Shown piece by piece: positions 11,901 to 25,066 of a DNA stretch of 64,000 nucleotides. The stretch covers positions 3,224,001 through 3,288,000 of the forward strand of contig CM060733.1 in assembly GCA_030704615.1 (NCBI GenBank), given 5' to 3'. This DNA is from Takakia lepidozioides. Taxonomy: Eukaryota; Plantae; Bryophyta. How positions within the stretch are numbered: the stretch's first letter is position 1; the number at the start of each line of letters is the position of its first letter. A program made the position numbers and the translations under genes. The notes below the pieces were generated by a model that saw nothing but the letters and a program-made list of their open reading frames with translations, had not been told where the DNA came from and made no database searches.

Positions 11901-13377
11901 GTGGTTTAACAACCATGATGTTATCATATTTGTTATGACAAAGTTGTGGCTGTGGGCTGCAGCTATTTCATGAAGCTTTTGATGGACAAAAAATACGCAC
12001 TTCCTTACCGGGTGCTGGATTCTGTTCTGACTCACTTCGTTCGCTTCTGTGATGACCCACGTGACCTTCCTGTGATCTGGCACCAGTCCCTTCTTACATT
12101 CGTTCAAAGGTAAGGGTCACTTCCTTGTCTGTTGAGAAGGTGTAAACAAGCCCTGAAAAGCTTTATTTAGAGGAAATGAAGCAATATCAAAGCCATGCGG
12201 CCTATACACATGGCCCCTCACAAAAACAAAGAAAGGTACTCCCACACATGAAACAAGAAAGCGTGATCTTGATTCCATCTCTGCTGACCAGTAAAGAGGA
12301 GAGTGTAACCCTCTGGCAGCACAGATATGATGTGGCTGTCATTGCACTGCCAGTCACTGTTGAGAGAATAGTATTTAAGGGTCTGAGACATGGAGTGTTG
12401 CAGGTACAAGAACGAGCTGAGTGAAGGAGACAAGGAGAGTTTGAGACGACTGATGCGACAACACAAGCATTACCTAGTAAGTGTAGCTTTTGCTTGGCTC
12501 TACGTCAAATTAGACCCTGTGCCACTGTATGTGCAATTTCTCAAGTCAACAAAGCCAAGAAGGGCCAGTGGCATAGTTTTCTCAAGGAACTCAGAATGGG
12601 TTGGTCGTAATGCCTGGTCACAGTTTTATAGCTTACCATTGATTTCTTAAGCTGCCAGCTCTCTTACCACCCCATTCGTAGTAGCATCTTCACATCCATG
12701 TTATTAGTTTAGTATTCCAGCTGTACTACCACGACTGCATGGTTATAGTGTCCTGAGAAACTGTCTGATTGTGAGAATGTGGTGATGCTGGATCACAGGT
12801 GACACCAGAGATTCAGAGGGAGTTGCTAAACAGCAGGAATCGTGGGCAGAAGGATGACCCTAGTGCCACTACTGATATCCTTCGATTTTTTATTACTCTT
12901 TTCTTATCTTTAGTAGGGCATTACTGACAATTTTTTGTCCTTCAAAGTATTCTGGTCTAGTCATTGCCATGCAGGGATCGATTCTTGATTAGAATGCACT
13001 AGTACACAGATTCCACGCCTTTGGGATCGCTGACCCTGCTGCTTTAATCTCTCATCTTGTTGATTATTACAGTGGTATTTATCCATCTGATCCAGCTTTA
13101 CTTCAGCTGACTATTGACATGCATGTGACAAGCAATGGATAGCAGAGGTAGGAAAGCTACCACATCAAATGAAGATGTGTTGAAGGTTCAGTGGTACTAA
13201 GCTCATTATCAGTTGTATGACACTCATGATACCCCAGCATTGAGGTGGGATAGTGCTATCTGGTTTGCCAAGTTCCTTAATTTCTTTGTACCAGCTTCAA
13301 TGAAGGTCGTGAAGACAACAATAGATGAAGACATGTGGAACCTGCCGGAAGTCCAGATTGGCATGGATGAGGATTAG
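8906..13377 (+). CDS. BYSL/ENP1: Bystin / ENP1 pre-40S ribosome biogenesis factor, 12 coding exons: 8906-9085, 9536-9609, 10007-10142, 10309-10447, 10673-10727, 10962-11289, 11477-11556, 11689-11736, 11963-12109, 12404-12476, 12799-12874, 13292-13377
   Basis: Spliced frame gives [110 protein letters not shown], ...[15 protein letters not shown]. Intron phases are consistent. Probable 5' UTR intron at 8602-8859. Confidence 0.95.
12875..13291 (+). other. U12-type (minor spliceosome) AT-AC intron in bystin
   Basis: 5' site ATATCCTT, branch point TTCCTTAAT at 13273-13281, 3' end TAC 10 nt later. Removing it restores the frame to the acidic bystin C-terminus. Confidence 0.9.
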
Positions 13378-14648
13378 ATCACTCCTGCAATCTGGTAGGG
13401 GTCTTGTATGGTTCATCTTTTTATCAATTAGCCTGCAATAGAGTCCCACAAGGGATGATTTATGTCTACCCAGCGTATGTCCACCTTTAAAGGTGGCATG
13501 AGGCTCCAACTGTGCATTACAAAGCACAAAGGCTGTTTATTTGATTGTATGCTGTGGTGAGGTAGTTTTCTTGTGATCCTTTTTTTTCTATACTGATGAA
13601 TGATGAGGTGTAGTTTGTACTATGTTCCATGTACATCGAAGCTGCAATTATGTTAACACTGTTCTGTGTAAGCTGTGGTTTCTGTCATTGCTAAAATGAA
13701 GCTGCTAGACAGTTTCTATTCCGAAACTGCTGTGCTTAGATAAGATACCATCTGTGATTTATTGATTGGCTGTGAGTTGCAAGCACAGGAGTGGCCTTGT
13801 GTCTTGACCAATAGAGGACAGCGCACACATGATCTGCAGTAATGATCCTCATGGCTTGAAAACAGGTCTTGAGGGATGCAGGCAAGGACAAGCCAACAAA
13901 TGCTTCGATGCTTCCAACGTGTTATCACATGAGGTATGTGCTGAAGCAGCCAAAGCCACAGTAGTAGGGTGAGCCCAAGCATGCTTGTCCTCCTATCTAT
14001 GACAAACTGATTATGCTTGTTCTGGACAAAGCATGCAGAAAACACTCACTGTTGCCATGTTGGCTCATCATCCTTGCAACAAAGAAAGACAAGAAATTGG
14101 CTAACACGGAGCATATTGATTGGCGTCTTCAACCAGCATGGTTGGTTAGTCCTCCATGGTCACATGACTGTATGCCCTGACAGGAAAGAATTTATAAACA
14201 TATGAGCTGGTTTGCTCTTCTGCTGCAAGTACTGGACTGTAGTAGTAGTTCATATCCACGTAGGTCTGTATGAGCGTGTAAGAACCACAGGTGTAATACA
14301 GAGGGTGAAGATTGCAGTATGTTGCCTGCACACTCTTTACTGTACAAGGCATTCAACACTGTAGCGACCCGAAATCAATCAAAAAATGGAATTGTGTCAG
14401 TAGCATTAGCAAACCCGGCCTTTTTGAAACTAGGATGACAGATATTCGTGAAATCTCTTGTCAGAAGGAAGTTGGCCCAAGTTCAAATCAGAGTGTTCAC
14501 GCATCAGCCCATTGCCTACTCTGTTGACAATTCAAGCTGCTACCAGTGTTTTACTCGTTCACTTCACTAAACTCGGTTCTCAATACTGGGACAGTTACTT
14601 TTATTATACTGCACATTTTGGCAGCAAAGAGAAAAGGTGGGTTGTGGT

Positions 14649-15337
14649 CTAAATATTCGCTACACCAGTTTGAAGGTAGGGAGCCCTTATATTCAATTCA
14701 GTCGGTTTCTCTGGCTTTGGACATTTCTTAAAACTAGAAAGGTTCTGAAGATAAAACTTATCAGCAACCACATCTCTCTTGTTTTCATTGCGATGCCACC
14801 TCCACATGGCTGTCGTACGGTTGAAAATGTCCAGTGTCCCATATCCAAAGCTGGGTTCACGAAATTCTGATATTATGGGTTGTGGATCAATGTGGAATCT
14901 GCATCAACAAAGCAAATTTCACCCTTAAATTAGCTGCAGCTTCAAATTTAATACCTAGCAACCAGCTTTCAATTTTTCAACTCAGTCATCAGGACTAGAA
15001 GAAAAACATCACTTGGTACTGCTTGCAGACCACAGTCAACCTATGTCAAGTCCAATCATAAAGCAATGCAAAGCACTCACTCTGTTGCAGGGCCTTCACG
15101 GTTGCCACCATCTCCAATTGTGATGTAAACTGGCGCACACTCATCTTCTGCATACATGTAGACTCGCTTCTGCAAATGGCAAACATGTGAAAGACACCAA
15201 CACCCAACACAATGAAATGAGATGGATTGGACGAGCTGTTGTTAGTGTACATGTACATCCATTTGCTAACCTTGTGACCTAGTCACCTTAATACACAGTA
15301 GTAGAAAAATAAATTCTGTCTACCTGAGCTAGAGGGA

Positions 15338-15369
<32 letters not shown>

Positions 15370-16539
15370 AGGACACTTTCTAATGGCCACAGGGGACTAC
15401 AAGGGCCCAGAAATGACCATTTCAGGAAACATCAAGTGATGCCTCAAGTCGAAGGGCCTCAAGCAGGTCTTCAAAGCTGAAGGCCTTTCCTAAGGAATGG
15501 GAATCTCCAAAAAGACTGCAGCATCTCCCACTTATCTCCTGATATGCAGGACAGCTGAAGTGGTGCTCTATTCCACTTCCTCCAACATGCACTGGCAGAT
15601 TGTAGCGTCTGCTGTTTTATCTCTAGACAATCTCCCACCTATATCTGCAACCTATGAGAGCCAAATAAAGCAACAAGGGCTCCCATGAGGGCTGTAGAAG
15701 AGTTTCCAGAGAGGTCAATGGGAATAATTATCTGGTTATCCCTGATTTCAAGAGCTGTCTCTGTACAATTGGAGAGAGGTGGTGAGTTGTCTCTCTGGGC
15801 CCCATGTCTGTTCCACATAAAATTCCTGAGATCTTCTCGAATCAGCCTGTTCCTCTCATTCTTTGAAACTATGATGTCTGGTGGTTGGTTGAACGGGGGA
15901 CTAGTGGCATTGAGAGTCAGAAAAAGAAGACTTAACATCCACCCATTTAGAGGGAGAGAGACTCACAAATCGCTCATAGGCATGAACATGGCCAGAGAAA
16001 ACAGCATCCACTTTGTACTTGCGCACGAAGTACTCAACCCCAGTGCGCATCACCTCTCCCTCCAGAAAGTGTGCATTGTAGGTGTTGTACCAGGGCGCAT
16101 GTGTCACAATGAACACCCATGGTGTAACTGATCGATCCACCTTCTGAAGGTCACCCTGCACCATGGACAATATGACTGAGTAAGGTAAATTATATTAGGA
16201 AGCCAACGATTGCAATCCTTGGACTTCACTGCCATTCAAAAAGGTCAGTACATCCCTTGAAGAGAGCAAGGCTTTTTCAACCATCTCAAATGAACTTCTC
16301 TCCAAACTCCTAGAAGTTTGTAAAACAAGCAGGGATTCAAACTGGTTCAGCAACCAGAGAAAACTACCCTCTTAGCCAGCAAAGCCAATCAACCCATGCT
16401 CATTTTTTCCCTCAAAATGTTTGGTTCAAGTCTCGTATGCCCTGGTGGACTGAAACCACACAATGGTCTCTGGGAGGGTCGGTATCCTGCAAGTAATATG
16501 CAGTTGCACCATGGCCTATGTTTCCAAGACCGATCAACG

Positions 16540-16573
<34 letters not shown>

Positions 16574-19500
16574 CTCTCTCTCTCTCTCTCTCTCTCCTTT
16601 GTGTTCCGCTCAAACTGGGCGCTGGGTCAATGGCCACAAGGCTACGGCAAACAACGTCTTATGAGTACATTCTCTCTCCTATGAAACAGATTCACGACAT
16701 AATTAAGTACTGAAGTGTGGTGTATCTCCGAACGAGTATATTGAAGCTAGGGTTGAAAGAAGAGACCTCCAGCCACTCATATTGAGGAGAGTACTTTGCC
16801 AAGGAGATGTATGAATTGAGGGCAATGACATGGGCTGGTCCTATATTGGCGGAGTAGTAAATGGGGCTCACCCCCCCACTAGTTTTCCAGGGGGCTGCAA
16901 ACCTTGAATTTGCTGCCAAGAACCCTTCGTGGGGTTCTCCTGCTCCCTGCCCTCCCCAAATTGTCAAGTCAGTACTTTTTGGTTTAATTATAGGCTCCTC
17001 ACCACAACTAGAAAATACCTTAATTGAGCAGTCTTGATTACTTTCCTGTTCTTTCATGCTCTCCCCAAATCCGTTTGAAAATAATTCCAGGATGCAAAGC
17101 CACCAGGAAAGAAGAGTAAACAATTACAAATCAGCTGCTGGTGAGTGAGCTGCAGAGACAGGATATGAGGAACTGACCGCTTGCTGGTCAAACTCGATCT
17201 CATGATTTCCATAAGTGAAAAGCATGGGTGTCTTGCTAGTGTAACGTGTCATCATGCGGCCCCATGTATCCCACCGTGGTTGATACCCATCTGCATATGA
17301 GAAGTCCCCTGCGTTCAATAGAAACTGGGCCCCACTTTGTGCCAAGTGGCCCAATGTCGTGTTTGAGGAATAAGTTTGGCCCAGGTCTCCTGCAATCACA
17401 TCCATCGAAGCTTGCAGTTTGTTATTTATATCTAAGGTGATGTCTCTTTTCTTGTCTAAGTTTGAGATTCTGGCAATCAGAGTATATGTATTGGAGCCCC
17501 ACACCAAAGCTTGCCTACCAGACTCCCTTGAAACAATTTTCTGGAAGGCTTCCCTTCCTGTTAATGTGATGAGCAGAAATTTCACTTTACCTACAATGGA
17601 GAATTTAAATGGAGTGTCAGATCCAGGAGCTGGGGGCGTCATAAAGTCGCCATAAAAGGTAAGATGCTCTTCCTGGCTGGTCCCAATCTTGTAGTAGTAC
17701 CTTGTGTTGTACTGCACAAGGAAGATACATGCCCAATACATGAGCTCCTGTGATTTGGAAGTGGCCAGTGTGTTGCAACAACCAAAATGCAGTTTCAATA
17801 AAGTTTGTTGCATGTTAACCTTGGAATCCAGGAGGGCTGTATCCTAGCGTGGAAACAAGAGTCATAAAAGTACTCTCCACTGCCCTTGTGAAGTACAGTA
17901 ACAAGAAAATCGACCCTCCATACGTGGTCTACTTTTGTGAATTCAATTCAGAAGTAGGACTACTTGCTTGAAATCATACAATGTCTTTCAAAGTATACTC
18001 AGGACAACGAAGAATGCGACCATTCGACTGGCTTCACATCCGGGAAACAAACAAGAAAGGAAACAAAAGACCTGCATTAAGATCAGTAATCTGTCAAATA
18101 ATGAGACTGGGGAGACAAGGGTTCTGGTTGGGCTTTACAGTTTCCACACACTTGGTCAATTTGGAATACACCAGTGATTATCTCATACATCATGTGTAGA
18201 GATAGAGGGGGGAGTCTACAGAGAGAGAGAGAGAGATGAGCTAAGCAATCCATCCCATGTTATGATGCATTTGAGGGAGTATGACTAGCAGGATACTAAC
18301 CCTATGAGAGTTAATTCACCAGGTTATAAATTTCAGCATGATGCAACTGATCCCCAAAATAGAGGTGCCCTTCCGCACTGCCACAAGGTCCAAACACTAC
18401 AATATTTCCAAAGATGTCGACAGAAAGTATAAACCTGAAGTTTAGATCTTACCAAAAGTACTTTACAAAAAGGTAAAATATGAAGCATTAGAAAGGAGCT
18501 GTGGGCTTGCCTCTAGTTCACGGATCGTCGCATGGTGAAGAAGGCCAGATGTATAGTCTGCATATTGATAGCGAGCCGCATTCCCATCAGCTGACACCTT
18601 ATTGAACACTCCAGGCTGTGCCGAATATAACACAACAGATTCCATGCTGATGTTGCTTGACCAGCTCACAGTAAATGCAGTCCCTGTGTCATCTGCCAGG
18701 CTCAAAAAAACCTACATTCCTCACAGGACATAATGTCAAATGAGTGGTGTACATTCCAACTTCCGCAACACCACCTAAAATTGTCAAATGCCTCTCTGAA
18801 TATGAAAGATTCTGGGCAAAGTGGCACTGGGTTTTAATCCTTTCTAAAATAGCTTCCCAGTCCACTTGGATTGCTCTATGTACCCTATAACACATGTCAA
18901 AGATTTCTTCAACGGTAAAAGCGTTCCTGAATTGAAATGACCTGCATTCTCTTCAAAGGGTGGGGCAGAAGGATAATGTACCTGCTCAGGACCTCCCAGA
19001 GGATTGGGTGCGATGTCCGGTTCATCGAGGTCTAGATCAAGGTCTGCAAAAGGACGCGTGTATTCGGTCTGGTAGCCACTATATGGGCTACTTGGATCCA
19101 GAGTTTGAGCTCGCACCTCCCTCACTGTTCAGCCCCACCCAGATAACGAAGCTATGAGCGATCGCGAAAAGAGAGAAAAATGCAGTTAGTACCCGTTCCC
19201 AGTGAACAGTGTCAATTACAGCCAAAACAACACAGTCGATTTTACAGTATCACTGCCAAAGTAAGAATTTCTGGCACTTTCATATTCTACCTGCGCACTC
19301 ACATCCCTCTCTGGATTTTCCATCTCTCTCTCCGCTTCCTAGTCAAACACACTCATTGTGACTCACTGTCGTACGAAAACGCGCAAATGCTTGCGTATGC
19401 TCGGTCGACTTTTCCTCTGCTCGTTTCCGTATGGACCAGTACTAAAAAATTATTCTCAAACGTTGAATGTTTTTTCCCAAAATATGAATCTGTTTCTCAT

Positions 19501-19812
19501 TCCTTATATCACTATTCCTCATATCTAGATGCATTCCACTTGGAGAATCAACTGATGTTGAATAGTAGTATTTGAGCTGCTTCTTGAAAGCCTCACTTCC
19601 TTCCTTGTGTCCTTTTGCCATAAGCTCTTTGAGCTTCCCGTGGACGTTATAAACTGTCTTTCCCTTCCTCGCCCTCTGTCTCTCACGGACCACTCACACA
19701 ATCCGAACCGAGCTCACCTACTGCTACTGCAATCAATGTAGAGAGTACAGAGCTCACCTGAGTGATAACAACCCAGCAGCGCCCACAACACCACAAGGCC
19801 GCCCCACCTCAT
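14649..19812 (-). CDS. Secreted purple acid phosphatase, 9 exons: 19812-19758, 19124-18982, 18711-18511, 17711-17591, 17389-17178, about 16946-16767, 16155-15967, 15169-15081, 14898-14649
   Basis: All five metal-ligand motifs are present: GDLG, GDFSY, GNHE, VTH, GHVH. Also PEQV, YITIGDGGNREG, FREPSFG and WHRN. Signal-peptide-like start MRWGGLVVLWALLGCYHSVREVRA. Confidence 0.93.
15336..15370. repeat. (GAAA)n microsatellite in a PAP intron
   Basis: Directly visible tandem GAAA. Confidence 0.9.
16539..16678 (+). mobile_element. Short LINE-tail element: (CA)n(TC)n, then a 70-nt LINE 3' end, then TACAT(TC)n
   Basis: Core CTTTGTGTTCCGCTCAAACTGGGCG...GGCCACAAGGCTACGGCAAACAACGTCTTATGAGT matches the reverse complement of 61219-61290. 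Confidence 0.85.
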
Positions 19813-20540
19813 TGCATCCCGCTTTTACCCGATCACAGCTGCACAAGCAGACAGCACCCCACAGCTTCCTCAGCTAACACTGCTCTCTCTCTTCAATTCT
19901 GGCAATCCAACATCTCCCAATCTGCGCAGGGAGCGTGCGCTGCTTGAGTTCACGCCGCTGGGAAGGCCCCACTGGAGAACCGCGCAGTGAGGACAGCGTA
20001 GATCCAACGGTTCTGAACGGTCTAAGAAACAGCCGCGGTCTGTTGAGAGAGTCCGCGCAGGTTTCTCTGCTTTCGTGCCTCATACGTAATGACCTAAGTG
20101 GGAATATTCTGTCATAATATTCGAACATTCCTGGACACGTAAACTGGCGGATGAAGAGCTCGTATGTTGTGTGAGCAATGAAGCCTTGAGCAGGAACCCT
20201 TAGAGCAGCCATCTCTACATTCAACAACAATCCCTGCATTTAACCACAATCTTCCCATCTGAACAGATGAGAGACATGACAATCACAAGATGCGGGGAAC
20301 TCAACTGACCTTCATTGCATATTCCCTAGCGTGGAGAGCCCTCCTGTAATGAGAGAGAAATAGAAGAAAGGAATTTTGTGACAGATAAACTGGAGAATCG
20401 CTGCCACACATTCCACTGAGTTGCTGGAATGTATTCCCAAAGTTAGAAATGGGCACTTCTTTCAGTAGTCTCAATAAAATTAGACCTTGATGAATACAAT
20501 TCCATAAGCCTGATAGAAGCCCCATTGGGGAAATGCTAAA

Positions 20541-21347
20541 CGTATGGCTTGAGGATCAGCAGAATAAGCAAGCCTCTTGCATATCAAGGATGGATGCAGG
20601 TCCCTAGCGATGCTAGCAGCACAGTAACCTTTTCAATAGCGCAATTCACTCTTCATCTCAAATGGAGGGTTTAACTTCACAGAAAGAGCAACTTACATTT
20701 GCTGTTTACAGCCTTGACCAATTCCTAAGCCACCATAGTAATATCCTTGAGCAACCTAGTTTGGATTACCTGTTTTCTTTCCTCTTTTCCCCTGAAAAGA
20801 CTCACAGGCACTACTGTCAATGTGGACAAGTTGAGTCAGCTGCGCTGCTACATACAGTCTTTTCGATGTCAAGAACTTGCATTCTGGAAATGGCAGACCT
20901 TTGAGCGTATAAGAGGGGGCTTGATCACCGTATGGCTCGAGGATCAGCAGAATAAGCAAACCTCTTGCATATCAAAGGATGGATGCAGGTCCATTGCAAA
21001 GATAGCAGCACAGTAACCTTTTCAATAGCACAATTCATTCATCATCTCAAATGGGGGGTTTTACTTCACAGAAAGAGCGTCTTACATTTGCTGTTTACAG
21101 CCTTGACCAATGGATACATATACCTCAGCTCACACAGTTCCTAAGCCACCATAGTAATATCCTTGAGCAACCTAGTTTGGATTACCTGTTTTCTTTGCTC
21201 CTTTTCCCCTGAAAAAACTCCCAGGCACTACTGTCTATATGAACAAGTTGGGTCAGCTGCGCTGCTACAATACAGTCTTTTCGACGTCAAGAACTTGCAT
21301 TCTGGAAATGGCAGACCTTTGAGCGTCCAAGAGGGGGCTTGATCACC
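20541..21347. repeat. Tandem direct duplication of about 390 bp (20541-20929 and 20929-21347)
   Basis: Both units begin TATGGCT.GAGGATCAGCAGAATAAGCA and end GAGCGT..AAGAGGGGGCTTGATCACC. The second unit has a small insertion. Confidence 0.9.
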
Positions 21348-21416
21348 CCAATGCATGGTACAAAGAGCAAAAATGCTACCCGTTCACAGCAACCTCCTGT
21401 GTAACTGCCACGGCTC

Positions 21417-23041
21417 TCACCGCTGCAACCATTCCATTCCAGCCAGGCCAATGTCGTCAGCTGTCACTAAAGATTGTTGAGGGTCTACATATATGGGCTG
21501 ACAAACTTCCATGTCTTTACACTCTTTCCAAAATAGCAATGGAATAATAAGTGCAAACAAACTGTGCCTGAAGGGCATTCCCATGCTGCAGTTCACACGC
21601 CGAGCAGGCACCCTACCTTGGAACACTAAATAAAACCCAGCTGGGGGAAGGCAACCCATGTGCCCGCTTTGTGGGCATGATTGTACAGACAGCATGCATC
21701 TTCTGATGCAGTGAAGGGAAAACCCTTCAAATGAATTGCCCTCTTGAAAATCTCTCTCTTTGGCTCAGTTCAGCTTGAAGCAATACCAAAAGCTGTTGCC
21801 TTTTCATTGGACTTGTTTCAAGCCAACCTCTCTACCGTTCAAGGCTATTTTCATGAGAAACTCTCGAAAGGCAGCAAACTGTGGGTTTCACAAGCATTCC
21901 ATGGAGGTAGTAACCCCATTCTGTCCTCTCCCTTCGCCTGCTTTTCTGCTCCATCTAAGTAGAACCACAAAGATTTGACAACCAGAGCCTAAAAAGCACA
22001 CCAGCTTCCCTCTAATCCATCTCCCGTTGGTAATGAAATATGCTCAACCCACCCTTTCATCCGCCCCAACACCCTCACTTGCCACAAAACATCTTCAATG
22101 CAATAAGGAAAGACATAATTCTTACATTTCTTTGGAGGTCTAACTGCAGCAAGTGCAGCTTCGGCAGCAGCTTCCATTGCCTCAGCCTCAGCTTCGGCAG
22201 CTTCAGCAGCCCGAGCTGCTTGCTCAGCTGCAGCAGCTGCTGCTTCAGCCTCTGCAACTGCGATAGCTGCTGCTCGTGCGGCTTCATCAGCTGTTCTGGC
22301 TCGAGCTTTTGCAACATGTTCCATGTCCATCTTTACTTTTTTATGGGGAGGCTCACCCCTCAATTTCTTCGTAGGGTCACGTGGAAAGCGGGGTGTCCGC
22401 GGCTTGTTACTCTCGTCACTATGTACCTCTTGCCGTCGCAGCAGCCGGGAGCCCTTGGGAGGCCTTCCATCACCTCCTGAGGCCGGGGATTCCGTTTCTT
22501 CAGCTGTCTCTAGTGCCGCTACTGGGTTTTCTTTGCCTTCATTGATCTTGTAGTTCTGCCGAACCTGTTGCCAGATACAATCACAAAGTGAGCAGTGGAG
22601 GAAGGAAGGGATCTCGAAAGAGACAGGGACTAAAGTGCACTGGGGAAAAATAACACATTGAAATGCTTTGGTAAGTTTTAATGGAGGTCATCTATGTAGG
22701 ATGGCTTCCATCCTCTTCACAAAAAAGGGATTGCTCGGCCCCAATTATGTGAAGAAGACGGGCCTCCAGAAACACATTGCAAAAAGCCAATAGCAATCCC
22801 CAGCACAACCAGGTGTAGACAAAGCAGAAGGTTCCGAGTCTTTCCCTTCCCCCTTTTCTCTGGCTCCCTACCACCTCATCACAATGGAAAGAATGACAGC
22901 TGATCACACCTTCAGCAGCTTGCCCTGTAATGTTAATGACTTCAGCTTGGTTGTTAATAACCTCCGAAAGTTGGTGGGCACCGGATGTCGTTCCTGCAAC
23001 AGAGACCCCTCTATGTAACAGAGGATACACATACACACACA

Positions 23042-23082
<41 letters not shown>

Positions 23083-25066
23083 CCTTTGTGTTCCGCTCAA
23101 ACTGGGCGCGGGGCCAATGGCCACAAGGCTACGGCAAATGTCTTATAAGTACATTCTCTCTCTCTCTCTCGCTTTTCCGTCCAAACTGGGCATGGGTCTA
23201 AGGCAACAAGGCCGCAAACAAAGTCTATGAGTAGGGGCCCATTCAGAAGCTGAAGGCAGTAATGTGGTAGATCTGTAGAATGAGGAGCATGGAGGCAAGA
23301 GAGAAATTTGTTCACATCATCCTTTCTTTGCCAAACGGGGAGAGAGAGAGAGAGAGCAAGAACCTCGATATAGCTCGCGATGGAGGCATTGCTAGACCCA
23401 TGAGGTTCCTTCATTCCCAATACTGCTTCCAAAACCATGTCATCATATCTGCCCAATCCAAATATACAGCAGTTTACTCTCCACAATGAGCCTAATCACA
23501 AGAAGGCTGAGCCAGAACAAACATAAAGACCATGTCACACCAAAAAGGTCAGCTACAACAGGGCCGTGGTTTCTCCTGGCACTAGAGGGCTCCCACTAGC
23601 CAGACCTAATCAGAACAGTGTGATAGGACAGTACAGGATGCCAAACTTCAAAACCCTGGAAACATCTACTTCTCCTACCAAGCACAGCTCTATATTAAGT
23701 ACATAAAGCACTCCAACATCAGGCAAGGGAGCTTTTGGCAAGTATGAAGAGTGGCAAAATGTCCAAGGTGCTGCAGAGACCAGAGTTAAGATGATGATTT
23801 CAAGGCAAAATTCACAATGAAAAATGGATGCAACATTCCACAGTTACCCAAAAAGCTACACTGAGAGGATGTGAGCAGAATGCTAGAACACATCCCTCTA
23901 GAACCATCCTAATGAAAGCAAGCCGTTCATGGACAGTGCCAACAATTTTTTCATACTCTGCCCTACCTTGGGCCGAGCGACTTGCGATCTGAGGAATTTG
24001 ACATGTCTCCATGTTTTCCATCAGAGGACACATCTCCAGGTGCAATTGAAGCCAAGGGGTCGACGGCAACAGCCTCCTCCATCAAGGTCATCATCCCGGG
24101 CCCTGTAATGGCCAAGGGCTTGGATCTCTCCCTTGCAGACCCCACCCCATTTGCACTTACACTCATATTCCGCCATTTGTCCTTACATTCACAAACACCA
24201 GCCGTAACAAGCATTATCAGCCATGAAAGAGTGGATAACACAAAGCTGGACACAGAAAAGAATAACATATAGACTTTTTTACTTGGTTGCGACAACCCCC
24301 AAAAAACCTTCCCAAGAATTTTCTATTTGGGCTGTTTCCACAAACAGCTTCAGGGTAACAGAAACTACCCAAGATTACCGGAGCAGACAGACCTTGAGCT
24401 TGTGCAGGCAAAGGAGTGGAAGACCAGCTGCAAATATTTCCTAAAACAGAAGGCAATCAACCAGTTCTCTATTCTTGCACATGTCAGGACTAGGACTATA
24501 GGGTGACCTACCTAAATTGAAGGGCATGAAACCATATTTCCAAGGAATGCCAACAAAACCATTTGTAGGATCTTGGTAGGATAAAACTGACAGTGGCAGC
24601 AGATCTCTCTTGTCTTTTACTGTCATGAAGCCAAGCCACAAGCCAAGAGTCTTGTTCGAGGGGTAACCATCGTCCAAATGTTTAGGAGTAGTCTCCCCGC
24701 AACCATTTCTTCATAGATCTCTTTGGATGTGACCTGAGGTATTCTAAGACACCTAGAACTCATGGGGAACAACATTAAAAAAGTCCCCACTGAATCTCTC
24801 GGTCTCTCTTAGGCTCGACAATGCACCCCAATCACGGGCAGAGTGGTGCCAGTAACATTGACTGCCACATTCGGCCCCCTGATCGATGCTTACATGAAAC
24901 AGGATAAGAATCAAACCTTCAGATCGACATTGGATCGGGATGTAAGACAAGGGCCGAATTTAGAGTCCTTCTGAATTGCTCGCCATTTTCCCGGCCCATA
25001 TTTCTCGACGCCCGCCCGCAACGCCGCCTCCTCCTCTGCTGTCCACTTCTGCTTGGGTGCTCCCAT
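21417..25066 (-). CDS. TRB/SMH: Single-Myb-histone / telomere repeat-binding factor (TRB/SMH family); exons 25066-24917, 24181-23967, 23448-23364, 22993-22910, 22564-22126 and a probable last exon 21484-21417
   Basis: Telobox Myb [28 protein letters not shown]...RSNVDLKDKWRNM. H1/GH1 domain YDDMVLEAV...[28 protein letters not shown]...GKLLKVRQNYKI. Ala-rich coiled coil [17 protein letters not shown]. The last exon is less certain. Confidence 0.92.
23020..23232 (+). mobile_element. Tandem pair of short LINE-tail elements separated by (TC)n, in a TRB intron
   Basis: (CA)n(TC)n, core 23082-23150, TACAT(TC)n, then a diverged second core 23172-23232. Confidence 0.85.
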
